From an uncultured Methanosarcinales archaeon (GTDB lineage: Archaea > Nanobdellota > Nanobdellia > Woesearchaeales > CAYSVS01), in contig CAZPRK010000001.1 in NCBI GenBank assembly GCA_964589485.1, positions 184,401 through 248,400 on the forward strand: a stretch of DNA of 64,000 nucleotides, written 5' to 3'. Positions 1 through 8,205 of the stretch are shown piece by piece (position 1 is the stretch's first letter; each line of letters opens with the position of its first letter). Made by a program: the position numbers and the translations under genes. The notes under the pieces were generated by a model. It searched no databases. It was given only the letters and a program-made list of their open reading frames with translations, and was not told the DNA's origin.

Positions 1-1
1 G

Positions 2-541
2 GGTGGAGATTTGAATGTTAAAGAACTATTGCAAGTTTCAGACATAGATTTTATTACTAAAGCTCCTGATGGAAAGGAAGTAGAAGAATTAACTAAAAAG
101 GAAATCCATAAGGCAATTAGAAGTAAAATTAGTTCAGAACAGGCAAAATTAGATATATCTACTGAGACTAAACAGGAAGAAAAGAAACCTCAGCAAGCTT
201 ATGTTCAAAAAAAACCTTTTGTTGCAGCTAAACCAAGACAACAATTCATTAAACCTGATGAAAAAGCTAAATTTAAATCTATGTTAGAGGATTTATTTGG
301 TACAAGGGGAGCTTATCTTTTAGATGATAAGTTAGATATTTTAGGAAAAGTTCCGTTTACTGAATTGGGATCTACAATTAAAAGTTTAAAAACAGGAATT
401 CATGCTGTTATTTTTGATGGTGCTTTAGATAAAGAACTATTACAAACCGCAGAATATTCTAGAATTAAATTTGTTTGTGCTATGGAATCCAAAGCTATAT
501 CAAATAAACTTAGTATTTTAACATTGAACGAATTAGCATGA
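2..541 (+). CDS. dnaG: C-terminal part of an archaeal DnaG-type primase (5' end lies outside the window)
   Basis: The frame is open to the window edge; the listed start is a TTG preceded in frame by GGD. The tail LFGTRGAYLLDDKLDILGKVPFTELGSTIKSL..IHAVIFDGALDKELLQTAEYSRIKFVCA matches my recollection of the conserved archaeal DnaG C-terminus. The Toprim core is not inside the window. Confidence 0.5.
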   Translation, partial: GGDLNVKELLQVSDIDFITKAPDGKEVEELTKKEIHKAIRSKISSEQAKLDISTETKQEEKKPQQAYVQKKPFVAAKPRQQFIKPDEKAKFKSMLEDLFGTRGAYLLDDKLDILGKVPFTELGSTIKSLKTGIHAVIFDGALDKELLQTAEYSRIKFVCAMESKAISNKLSILTLNELA

Positions 542-1687
542 AGCTAATTTTTTCAATTCTTCTTTTGTTTTATAACCAGGGTGTAATTGTTCATTTATTT
601 TCCAAGTAGGATAACCTTTAATGTTACAATCATTCTCGTTACAATTAATTATTTTAACTTTAGAATTATCAATTTCTTTTAGTTGCAAATCACAATATTT
701 ACAATTATTTACTACATATAATGTTGAATCTTTTAAACATCCTTCAATTTCTTCTTTATTGTATGTGATTTTTGCTTCTTTTCTAAGATTTTTAACAAAT
801 AATTCAAATTCTGTTTTTTGTTTTTCAATAAATAATAAACTTTGTATTTGATCATGAACTTCTGAAAGACTTACTTTGTTAGTTTGTCTAAATATTAAAT
901 GCCATCCGAATTGGGTTTTAACTGGTTTTGATATTTCGTTTTCTTTTAATTTAAATAATGCTTCTTCGAATTCCTTTACCAATTGACCTTTTTGAACAAT
1001 TCCTAATTTTCCACCATTTGATTTACTTGGACCTATTGATTTTTCAATTGCAATTTCATGAAAGTTTTCAGGTGTTATTAGTTTAAATATTTCTTTTGCT
1101 TCATCTTCATTTTGTACTAGGATGTGACTAACTCTTGCTTGTCCTTCCAATGCATTTAAATTGTTATTTTCATAATATTTTTTTATTTCATCTTCATTGA
1201 TTTTAACTTTTGAAAAAATAGATTTATTAAGAAAATCATTAATTAATATCTGTTTTTTGAAAGTTTCTGTTAATTCAGCAAGTGAACTACCTTGGGTTAT
1301 TAAAGTACTTTCTAATTGTTCTTTTGTAACTCCAGTAGAGCCAGTTACTTGATCAAAATATTGCTTTAATCTACTTTCATCAACTGTTTTATCAGTAACT
1401 TTTTCTAAAATTAAAGTTTCGGTAATTATTTGTTCCAATAATTCATCTTTTGAAATTACATTCTTATACTCAGTAGGTAATTTATTAAATTGGGTTTCTA
1501 TTTCTTTTTCAGTTATTGGTATTCCATTAATATATACTAATACATTAGAAACTTCTTTTTTTTCAAATGTTTTAAGAATATCTCCTTTATAGTAAAACCC
1601 AATAACAAGTAAAGTAATAAAAATAATTCCTAACACTCTGCCTTTTCTTAGTTTGTATTTTTCACTCATATGTTTTTGAAGAATCAC
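533..1687 (-). CDS. membrane-anchored parvulin-type peptidyl-prolyl isomerase (SurA-like N-domain) fused to a C-terminal thioredoxin/glutaredoxin-like CxxC domain
   Basis: N-terminal TM segment VLGIIFITLLVIGFYY. Parvulin core VSHILV..GGKLGIVQKGQLVKEFEEALF..KPVKTQFGWHLIF. C-terminal YVVNNCKYCD...CNENDCNIKGYPTW (CxxC plus a cis-Pro-like GYPT loop). Confidence 0.75.
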   Translation of the reverse strand: MILQKHMSEKYKLRKGRVLGIIFITLLVIGFYYKGDILKTFEKKEVSNVLVYINGIPITEKEIETQFNKLPTEYKNVISKDELLEQIITETLILEKVTDKTVDESRLKQYFDQVTGSTGVTKEQLESTLITQGSSLAELTETFKKQILINDFLNKSIFSKVKINEDEIKKYYENNNLNALEGQARVSHILVQNEDEAKEIFKLITPENFHEIAIEKSIGPSKSNGGKLGIVQKGQLVKEFEEALFKLKENEISKPVKTQFGWHLIFRQTNKVSLSEVHDQIQSLLFIEKQKTEFELFVKNLRKEAKITYNKEEIEGCLKDSTLYVVNNCKYCDLQLKEIDNSKVKIINCNENDCNIKGYPTWKINEQLHPGYKTKEELKKLASC

Positions 1688-1740
1688 AACTCCTAAATAA
1701 AGCTTTCTGTATTTTTCTATTTTATAATGGTTACAACAAT

Positions 1741-1750
1741 ATTTATATAT
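1741..1750 (+). promoter_or_regulatory. TATA box for the HerA-like gene (leaderless-type spacing)
   Basis: ATTTATATAT is centred about 26 nt upstream of the ATG at 1772. The same spacing recurs at several other genes in the window. Confidence 0.45.
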
Positions 1751-1771
1751 TAATACTTTATAAATTAATTA

Positions 1772-4399
1772 ATGGCATATGACATAGTAGTAGGAAGAAA
1801 CGAAGCAGATAAAGAAAAGTTCGGAATGAAAGGAACTATTTTGATTGCAAAACACTATGTAAAGATGGGCCAAGTAACTACTCTTTCAAATAAAGTGTAT
1901 ATGGATATAGCAAAAGCGCATGTTTTGTTTATATGTGGAAAAAGAGGCGGCGGAAAATGTCTTACTGGTGATACTTTAATTACATTAAATGATGGATCTA
2001 GACTCCCTATTTCTGAGTTAACTAATACTGATAAAGATATTATTACTTTAAATAGTAAATTAAAACTTCAAACAGCAACTAAATCTGATTTTTTTAAAAG
2101 AACAGTAAAAAACATTTTAAAAATTAAACTACGGACAGGTAAAATAATAAAATTAACTCCAGAACATCCACTTTTAACTGTTAGTGGTTGGATTAAAGCT
2201 CAAGATTTAATTAAAGGTAGTAGAATAGCGACTCCAAGAAAAATTAATTTTTTCGGGGATAAACCTTTAACTGAAAATAAAGTTAAATTATTAGCGTATT
2301 TAATTGCCGAAGGTCATTTAGGTAATAAAAAAGTTTTATTTTCAAATCAAGATTTAAATTTAGTTTCAGATTTTAAAAAAGCAGTAACTGATTTTGATTC
2401 TAGACTTTTAGTAAAGTCGCATGGAATTAATTCATATTGTGTTGTACAAAATGATCTTAAAAATAAAATTGAAATAAATAAACGCGATTCTTCAGGTAGA
2501 TTTGAGAAAGGTATAAAATTTGTAGAGAGAAATCATTTAAAAAAGTATTTGAAAGAAATAGGTCTTTATAACCGAAATTCCTATACTAAATTTATACCTT
2601 CTTGTATTTTTACTTCAACTAAAAATAATATTTGTTTATTCTTAAATAGATTATTTAGTTGTGATGGAACTATTTATTATGATACTAATAAAAAAGCGTG
2701 GCAAATAAGTTATTGTAGTTCATCTTTAGAATTAATCAATGGGGTTCAAAGTTTATTGTTAAAATTAGGTGTTTTGTCTATAATAAGAACTAAAACAATA
2801 GTAACTAAAATGAAGGTTTTTAAAAGTAATGAATTATCTATTCAATCTGCTTTTTTAAATAAATTTATTCATGAGATTGGTTTTTTTGGTAAGAAAGAAA
2901 CATTACAAAAAAAAGCATTAATGGAAATTAGGAATGTAAAAAATAATCCTAATTTAGATACTATTCCAAAAGAAATTTGGGACATGTATAGGCCTAAAAG
3001 TTGGACTAATATTGGAAAAATAATGAATTATTCAGTTCATAAATCTGTTAGAAGTAGTATTAATTATTCTCCATCTAGACAAAAACTATTACAAATATCG
3101 GTAGCCGATGAACGTTATGATATTGCTAATTTAGCTATGTCTGAAATTTATTGGGACGAGATTTTAAGTGTAGAAAAACTAGAAGGCGAATTCGAAGTAT
3201 ATGATATATCTGTCCCAGATCATCATAATTTTGTTGCGAATGATATTATAGTTCACAATTCATACACTATGGGAGTTATTGCAGAAGGTATGCTTGATTT
3301 GGAACCAGAAGTAAAGAATAATTTAAGTATAATAATGTTAGATACGATGGGTGTTTATTGGACTATGAAATATCCTAATCATAAAGATGAAGAGTTACTT
3401 AGGGAATGGGGTTTGGAAGGAAAAGGTTTAGATGTTACTATATATACACCTAAGGGATATTTTAAGAGATATAAAGAAGATGGAATTCCAACTGACTTTG
3501 CTTTCTCGTTAAAACCAAGTGATTTAGATGTTGATGATTGGCTTTTAACTTTTGATTTAGAAGAAAATGATCCTATTGGAGTTTTAGTTCAAAGAACATT
3601 GAATACTATGAGAAAAGAAAAACCTGATTTTTCTATAGAAGATTTTATTGCGTTTGTTGAGAAGGATGAAGAAGTAAATAAAGAACATAGGATGGCTCTT
3701 ATTAGTAGATTAAAAGGAACAGAAGATTGGGGTTTATTTGATGAAAATGGAACTGCAATTAAAGATCTTGCATTGCCAGGAAATGTAGTAATTTTAGATG
3801 TAAGTTGTTATGCAACAATGCCGGGTGGATGGAAAGTTAAAAGTTTAGTAATAGGAATAGTTGCAAAAAAATTATTTATTGATAGAATGATCAGTAGAAA
3901 ATTTGAAGAATTTAGAAGTATAAGTAGTTCAGAACATTACTTTGAATCAGAAAAACCAAAAGAAAAAGAAGAAATGCCATTAGTTTGGTTAGTAATAGAT
4001 GAAGCACATGAATTTTTACCAGTAAAAGGTAAAACTTCAGCCACTGACGCATTAGTAACTATAATGAGAGAAGGAAGACAACCAGGTATAAGTTTAATTT
4101 TAGCTACACAACAACCGGGTAAAATTCATACGGATGTTATGACACAAAGCGATATAGTATTATCCCATAGAATTACGGCAAAGCTAGATGTAGATGCTTT
4201 AGGTATGTTGATGCAATCTTATATGAGAGATGGCTTAACTCAGCAATTAGATAACTTGCCGCGAGTAAAAGGAGCAGGGATATTATTTGATGATTCAAAT
4301 GAAAGAATGTATCCAATAAGAATGCGTCCTAGGTTTACTTGGCACGGAGGAGAAGCTCCTTCAGCTGTTCATAAAGAAAAAGAAAAATTAGATTTCTGA
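1772..4399 (+). CDS. HerA/FtsK-like (DUF87, COG0433-type) P-loop ATPase interrupted by an intein
   Basis: The Walker A motif GKRGGGK|(intein)|SYTMGV is split by the intein. Walker B is LVWLVIDEAHEF. A typical HerA C-terminal block REGRQPGISLILATQQPGKIHTDVMTQSDIVLSHRI is present. The mature extein is about 441 aa. Confidence 0.8.
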   Translation: MAYDIVVGRNEADKEKFGMKGTILIAKHYVKMGQVTTLSNKVYMDIAKAHVLFICGKRGGGKCLTGDTLITLNDGSRLPISELTNTDKDIITLNSKLKLQTATKSDFFKRTVKNILKIKLRTGKIIKLTPEHPLLTVSGWIKAQDLIKGSRIATPRKINFFGDKPLTENKVKLLAYLIAEGHLGNKKVLFSNQDLNLVSDFKKAVTDFDSRLLVKSHGINSYCVVQNDLKNKIEINKRDSSGRFEKGIKFVERNHLKKYLKEIGLYNRNSYTKFIPSCIFTSTKNNICLFLNRLFSCDGTIYYDTNKKAWQISYCSSSLELINGVQSLLLKLGVLSIIRTKTIVTKMKVFKSNELSIQSAFLNKFIHEIGFFGKKETLQKKALMEIRNVKNNPNLDTIPKEIWDMYRPKSWTNIGKIMNYSVHKSVRSSINYSPSRQKLLQISVADERYDIANLAMSEIYWDEILSVEKLEGEFEVYDISVPDHHNFVANDIIVHNSYTMGVIAEGMLDLEPEVKNNLSIIMLDTMGVYWTMKYPNHKDEELLREWGLEGKGLDVTIYTPKGYFKRYKEDGIPTDFAFSLKPSDLDVDDWLLTFDLEENDPIGVLVQRTLNTMRKEKPDFSIEDFIAFVEKDEEVNKEHRMALISRLKGTEDWGLFDENGTAIKDLALPGNVVILDVSCYATMPGGWKVKSLVIGIVAKKLFIDRMISRKFEEFRSISSSEHYFESEKPKEKEEMPLVWLVIDEAHEFLPVKGKTSATDALVTIMREGRQPGISLILATQQPGKIHTDVMTQSDIVLSHRITAKLDVDALGMLMQSYMRDGLTQQLDNLPRVKGAGILFDDSNERMYPIRMRPRFTWHGGEAPSAVHKEKEKLDF
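1958..3259 (+). mobile_element. 434-aa intein with LAGLIDADG homing-endonuclease domain, inserted in the ATPase P-loop
   Basis: Begins with Cys (TGT 1958-1960) in CLTGDTLITLNDG (block A). Block B is LTPEHPLLT. LAGLIDADG motifs are LLAYLIAEGHLG and FLNRLFSCDGTI. It ends ...NFVANDIIVHN (AAT 3257-3259), followed by the +1 Ser of SYTMGV. Confidence 0.9.
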
Positions 4400-4441
4400 A
4401 GTATAGAGAAATTTATAAATGATTTATTTTTAACTAATTTT

Positions 4442-5698
4442 ATGTCTGATATAAGGTGGCACACAGGATATCAATTAGCACTAGTTCCGGGGGCTCATGA
4501 TGTCGACAAAGAATTAACCCGTATGATTCATAAAGTTCTAAAAGAAGGTTTTAAACTTAAAGGTGCAAAAGTTGTTCCAACTTTATCCAATAATCCAAAA
4601 AATGATAGGTATCATAGGAAAGAACAACAATCTCATATTTTAGGACAATTTCCTGTTGGTGAGGTGCGTCATGATGCTGGAAAAGCAGTCTTATCGGAAT
4701 TAATCAATAAGGAAGCTGTTTACTTTATAACTCACCCGTATAACTATTCAATAGGTGTTGATGTTGAAACTACTATAGCTCAAATATGTTTACTTGGAAG
4801 AACTCTTAAAAAGAAAAATATAGGTGTTGAACAATTAACTTTAGTTACTACAATAGGTCCATATGATTTAAATCATAGTTTTAAAAGAAATGAACGTGAA
4901 GGTTCAATTGAAAGTGAAAGTTTACCTTGGTTTTTAGAAAGGTTACAACAATCAGGTTATAGTGAAATTATTACAATTGGTTCACATTCTTCAAAAACTA
5001 GTGAACTTGCAAAAGATTTAAACATATATTTTCGTGATATTGATCCTTTTAGGTTTATTTTACCTTCTGGTCCACTTGGACCTTTTTTATATGATAATCC
5101 AGGAAATAAAGGAAAAAGATCTGACTTTAAAGAAAGAACTGAACAGATGTTGCCTTTTGTAACTTATTTAAAACAAAATTATGGAAGACAAAAAAAAGAT
5201 CTTTATTTCACTGCTACTGATGAAGGTAGTACTGAATTAGCTAGACAACTTGCTTATTCTATTTGGGGTAGTGATGAACATGTTGCTTTGGTACGTAAGT
5301 TAAGAAAAAGTGTAGGGGTTTCAGAAATTGCCGGAGTTGATGCTCAAAGAAGTACTGCTAGTTTAGAAGACTTAGAAGGAAAAATTGTAATTATGCCTGA
5401 TGATAGAAGATTATCAGGTGGAACTACAAATCAATTAGCTAAAGAACTTAAAGAAAGATATAAAGTTAAAGAAGTAGTATGTTTTATTAGTCACGATATG
5501 TCTTATGTTGATAATTTTGGAGGTCATACTTCAATAGATAAACTTGTTTTTTTGGAAACTAATCCTAATTCTGCTTTGGATTCTGTAGATGAAAGAATTC
5601 ATAGGTTACCGATGGAAACTACTGCTTTAACATTAGCTGCAGAAATTTATGATAGTTATGTAAACAAAAGAGAACAAGGTAAAATAAAAATAAGATGA
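4442..5698 (+). CDS. divergent ribose-phosphate pyrophosphokinase (PRPP synthetase)-like / phosphoribosyltransferase-fold protein
   Basis: Two-domain layout resembling Prs. The stretch TTIGPYDLNHSFKRNEREGSIESESLPWFLERLQQSGYSEIITIGSHS sits where Prs has PY..YARQDR...DLH. The C-terminal PRPP-binding-loop-like motif is KIVIMPDDRRLSGGTTNQLAKEL. At 418 aa it is much longer than typical archaeal Prs. Confidence 0.5.
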   Translation: MSDIRWHTGYQLALVPGAHDVDKELTRMIHKVLKEGFKLKGAKVVPTLSNNPKNDRYHRKEQQSHILGQFPVGEVRHDAGKAVLSELINKEAVYFITHPYNYSIGVDVETTIAQICLLGRTLKKKNIGVEQLTLVTTIGPYDLNHSFKRNEREGSIESESLPWFLERLQQSGYSEIITIGSHSSKTSELAKDLNIYFRDIDPFRFILPSGPLGPFLYDNPGNKGKRSDFKERTEQMLPFVTYLKQNYGRQKKDLYFTATDEGSTELARQLAYSIWGSDEHVALVRKLRKSVGVSEIAGVDAQRSTASLEDLEGKIVIMPDDRRLSGGTTNQLAKELKERYKVKEVVCFISHDMSYVDNFGGHTSIDKLVFLETNPNSALDSVDERIHRLPMETTALTLAAEIYDSYVNKREQGKIKIR

Positions 5699-5886
5699 CT
5701 TACTCTAAATCATTTCCAAATACACTTGAAGGAAGTTCTTATCCTAGATGGGAAGAAATATCATTAACTCAAGATGAAGAAAAAGAACAAGAAGAATTAT
5801 GTAGGAAAGAAAATATTGAATTAATGAAACAATGTATAGATGATGTAAAAAATCTTATGCAAGAAAAAGAATTAAAAGATTATTAA
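5695..5886 (+). CDS. small acidic hypothetical protein, ATGA-overlapped with the preceding gene
   Basis: 63-aa ORF whose start overlaps the upstream stop by 4 nt. No recognisable motif. Confidence 0.4.
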   Translation: MTYSKSFPNTLEGSSYPRWEEISLTQDEEKEQEELCRKENIELMKQCIDDVKNLMQEKELKDY

Positions 5887-6000
5887 AGTGATTTAATTAA
5901 TATTGCAATTTCTTTATTTGAAAAAAGAGCTTCTTTTGCAATTCATTATAAAGAACAAAAATCAAAAGAAAAATTTGATTTAAAATTTAAAAAATAAAAA

Positions 6001-6384
6001 TTATCTTCTTTTAGAAGATTTTTTTTTAGCTACCTTTTTTTTAACTGCTTTCTTTTTAGTTACTTTTTTCTTTACAGTTTTTCTTTTCTTAGTAGCTTTC
6101 TTTTTCGGTTTAGAAACTTTTTTAGTAGTTTTTCTTTTTTTAGGTTTCTCAATTATTTCCGCATAAGTTCTTTTTAATTTTGGAACTTTATTTGATTCTA
6201 AGCTAATCAAGGAAGCAAAAAACATTAATGCGAATACTAATCCGAAAGTGAATCCCCAAGTATTACCATTTCCTGCAAACCATTCATCAAATCTACCACT
6301 TCCTGTATAAACAATAGTGATAATTAAACCTAACATACTTGCTAACATAAATGTTGCTGGTAAAGGTCTTCTTTTGTAAAACAT
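6001..6384 (-). CDS. small membrane protein with a poly-lysine (histone H1-like) C-terminal tail
   Basis: Hydrophobic segments (LPATFMLASMLGLIITIVY; WGFTFGLVFALMFFASLISL) are followed by KPKKRKTTKKVSKPKKKATKKRKTVKKKVTKKKAVKKKVAKKKSSKRR. Confidence 0.6.
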   Translation of the reverse strand: MFYKRRPLPATFMLASMLGLIITIVYTGSGRFDEWFAGNGNTWGFTFGLVFALMFFASLISLESNKVPKLKRTYAEIIEKPKKRKTTKKVSKPKKKATKKRKTVKKKVTKKKAVKKKVAKKKSSKRR

Positions 6385-6388
6385 TTTT

Positions 6389-7465
6389 TCACCTCTTTAA
6401 AAATTTATCAATGTTTACTTTATTCCTCTTAATATTATGTTCTTTTAAAAACTTTTTTATTTTTTCGATAAGAATTTGTTTTAATTCTCCAGTTAATAAT
6501 TTTCCCGATTTATAATTTTTATTTATAGTTTCTAATTTTTTATCATTTTCTTCAAAAAATAATTTTAAATATTGAAATGAAACATCTACATCTGGGTTTC
6601 CACCTAATTTTCTATGTTCTTCTAATGTTGCTTGTCCTCCAGAAAAAGCATATTTTTTGATTTTTCTTTCCGCCTCTTCAGGAGTATCTGTTAACGCTAT
6701 ATATGAATTAGTATCGGAACTTGACATCTTACCTCCATTTAATCCTGGCATAAATTTATGATATGTTGAAGCTAAAGTATTAAATTTAAATTCTTTAATT
6801 CTTTTACTTATGTCTCTTGCTAACCTTATATGTGGGTCTTGATCTATACCAACAGGAACAATTATTGGGATGTTATTATCTAACAACATAGGGTGCAACA
6901 TATCTGAAGCTTGTAATAATGCAGACATCATTTTACCTGGAGAAATTTCACCATATATTGCTTTAAACTCATTAAATGTTGCATGCCTTGCCAACAAATT
7001 TTGTAACATATAATATTTATTACTTTTATTAGCATCTTTAGATCTTTCACTCTGAAAATAAATTTCACAATTTTTTGTTTTTAATCCTAATGCAATATAA
7101 TTCTTAATATATTCTTCTTCTGCAATTTTTCTACTTTCTTTTAAAGATTGTCCTCTTGCATTATAACTTTCAACATCTGCAACTGCAATGTAAATTTTGG
7201 CACCTAAACTTTGCCAGAATATCATTTGTTGAGCAACCATCATATGACCTAAATGAAATTTACCTGATGGCATTAACCCAGTCATCATTACAAAAGGTTT
7301 TTTTTGTTTAATTCTTTCTATAATTTTGTCTAAGTCTCTATGTGCATAAATTATATTTCTTCTAAAAAGTAAATGATCTAGTTTATTTTTAATTTCCTTT
7401 AAACCAAAATCTTTGATTAACTTATTATAATCAATATTACCTTTAACTTCCCATGGGTTCAACAT
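6389..7465 (-). CDS. trpS: tryptophanyl-tRNA synthetase (archaeal/eukaryotic type)
   Basis: N-terminal PWEV..IDYNKLIKDFG. HIGH-type motif PSGKFHLGH. KMSKS-type motif KMSSSD, followed by AFSGGQATLEEHRKLGGNPDVDVSFQYL. Confidence 0.9.
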   Translation of the reverse strand: MLNPWEVKGNIDYNKLIKDFGLKEIKNKLDHLLFRRNIIYAHRDLDKIIERIKQKKPFVMMTGLMPSGKFHLGHMMVAQQMIFWQSLGAKIYIAVADVESYNARGQSLKESRKIAEEEYIKNYIALGLKTKNCEIYFQSERSKDANKSNKYYMLQNLLARHATFNEFKAIYGEISPGKMMSALLQASDMLHPMLLDNNIPIIVPVGIDQDPHIRLARDISKRIKEFKFNTLASTYHKFMPGLNGGKMSSSDTNSYIALTDTPEEAERKIKKYAFSGGQATLEEHRKLGGNPDVDVSFQYLKLFFEENDKKLETINKNYKSGKLLTGELKQILIEKIKKFLKEHNIKRNKVNIDKFLKR

Positions 7466-7486
7466 TCAATGAATTAATAATATTGT

Positions 7487-8146
7487 TTATTTAAATGTTT
7501 TTAAAAGCCAAACTGCACCATTATATAATTCAGCGTGTGCTGAATTAATTGCTTTTTCTACTTTACCCCAAATAGTACCGGTTTTAGATTCAACAGAATA
7601 TTCCGTAGTAATTAAAAATTTCACTCTTTCTGCATCCTTTTTTTGTGGTTTGCTAGCATATGAAACTCCAAAGTCTAAATAATTTTTAACTTCTTCAAAT
7701 TCCATGCCTTTTTTTAACATATTAATAGTTCCTTCAAAAAAATTTCTAGAATGTTTACTAAGATCAGTATTTGTTATATAATTTTCTAATCCACCTTCAT
7801 TTGTCAATACATAATTGAGAATAATTAAATCTTCCACTTCTTCTGACTTATTAACACCTTTAAGTGTTTTAGTTAATTCATTAAAATTGATTTTTAAATC
7901 TTGACCACTTGCTAAACTATCCATTATACTGTACAAATTATTTGCAATCTCATCACCGACTAACTCTGAAATATATTCCTTAGTAGTACCTGTTCTTGTT
8001 TCAATGTCTTCGGTTTTTTGCTCTAGGTCTTTATCTGTAACTAATTTACCTTCAAGATGTTTTTCTTCTTTAGGTAAATGGCTTCCATCGTAAGTAACTA
8101 CGTCTTTTCCACTAAATGGATCAAAAGTTGAATTATTTTCGCTCAT
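7487..8146 (-). CDS. hypothetical acidic protein
   Basis: 219-aa ORF in a co-directional gene array. No motif recognised. Confidence 0.5.
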   Translation of the reverse strand: MSENNSTFDPFSGKDVVTYDGSHLPKEEKHLEGKLVTDKDLEQKTEDIETRTGTTKEYISELVGDEIANNLYSIMDSLASGQDLKINFNELTKTLKGVNKSEEVEDLIILNYVLTNEGGLENYITNTDLSKHSRNFFEGTINMLKKGMEFEEVKNYLDFGVSYASKPQKKDAERVKFLITTEYSVESKTGTIWGKVEKAINSAHAELYNGAVWLLKTFK

Positions 8147-8205
8147 ATGTTAAGAAATTCTCGTTAGTTTATAAATGTTACTGTCGTAACACTACTTATA
8201 AGTAG

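Noticed and set aside
5884-5997. The 63-aa ORF ends at a TAA (5884-5886) followed by 36 further in-frame sense codons (SDLINIAISLFEKRASFAIHYKEQKSKEKFDLKFKK). This could indicate readthrough or a recently interrupted gene.
   Set aside because: By rough estimate, a stop-free run of this length has a chance of a few percent in DNA this AT-rich, and there are many gaps in which it could occur. No suppressor tRNA is present, and the extension has no motif. It is kept only as a note.
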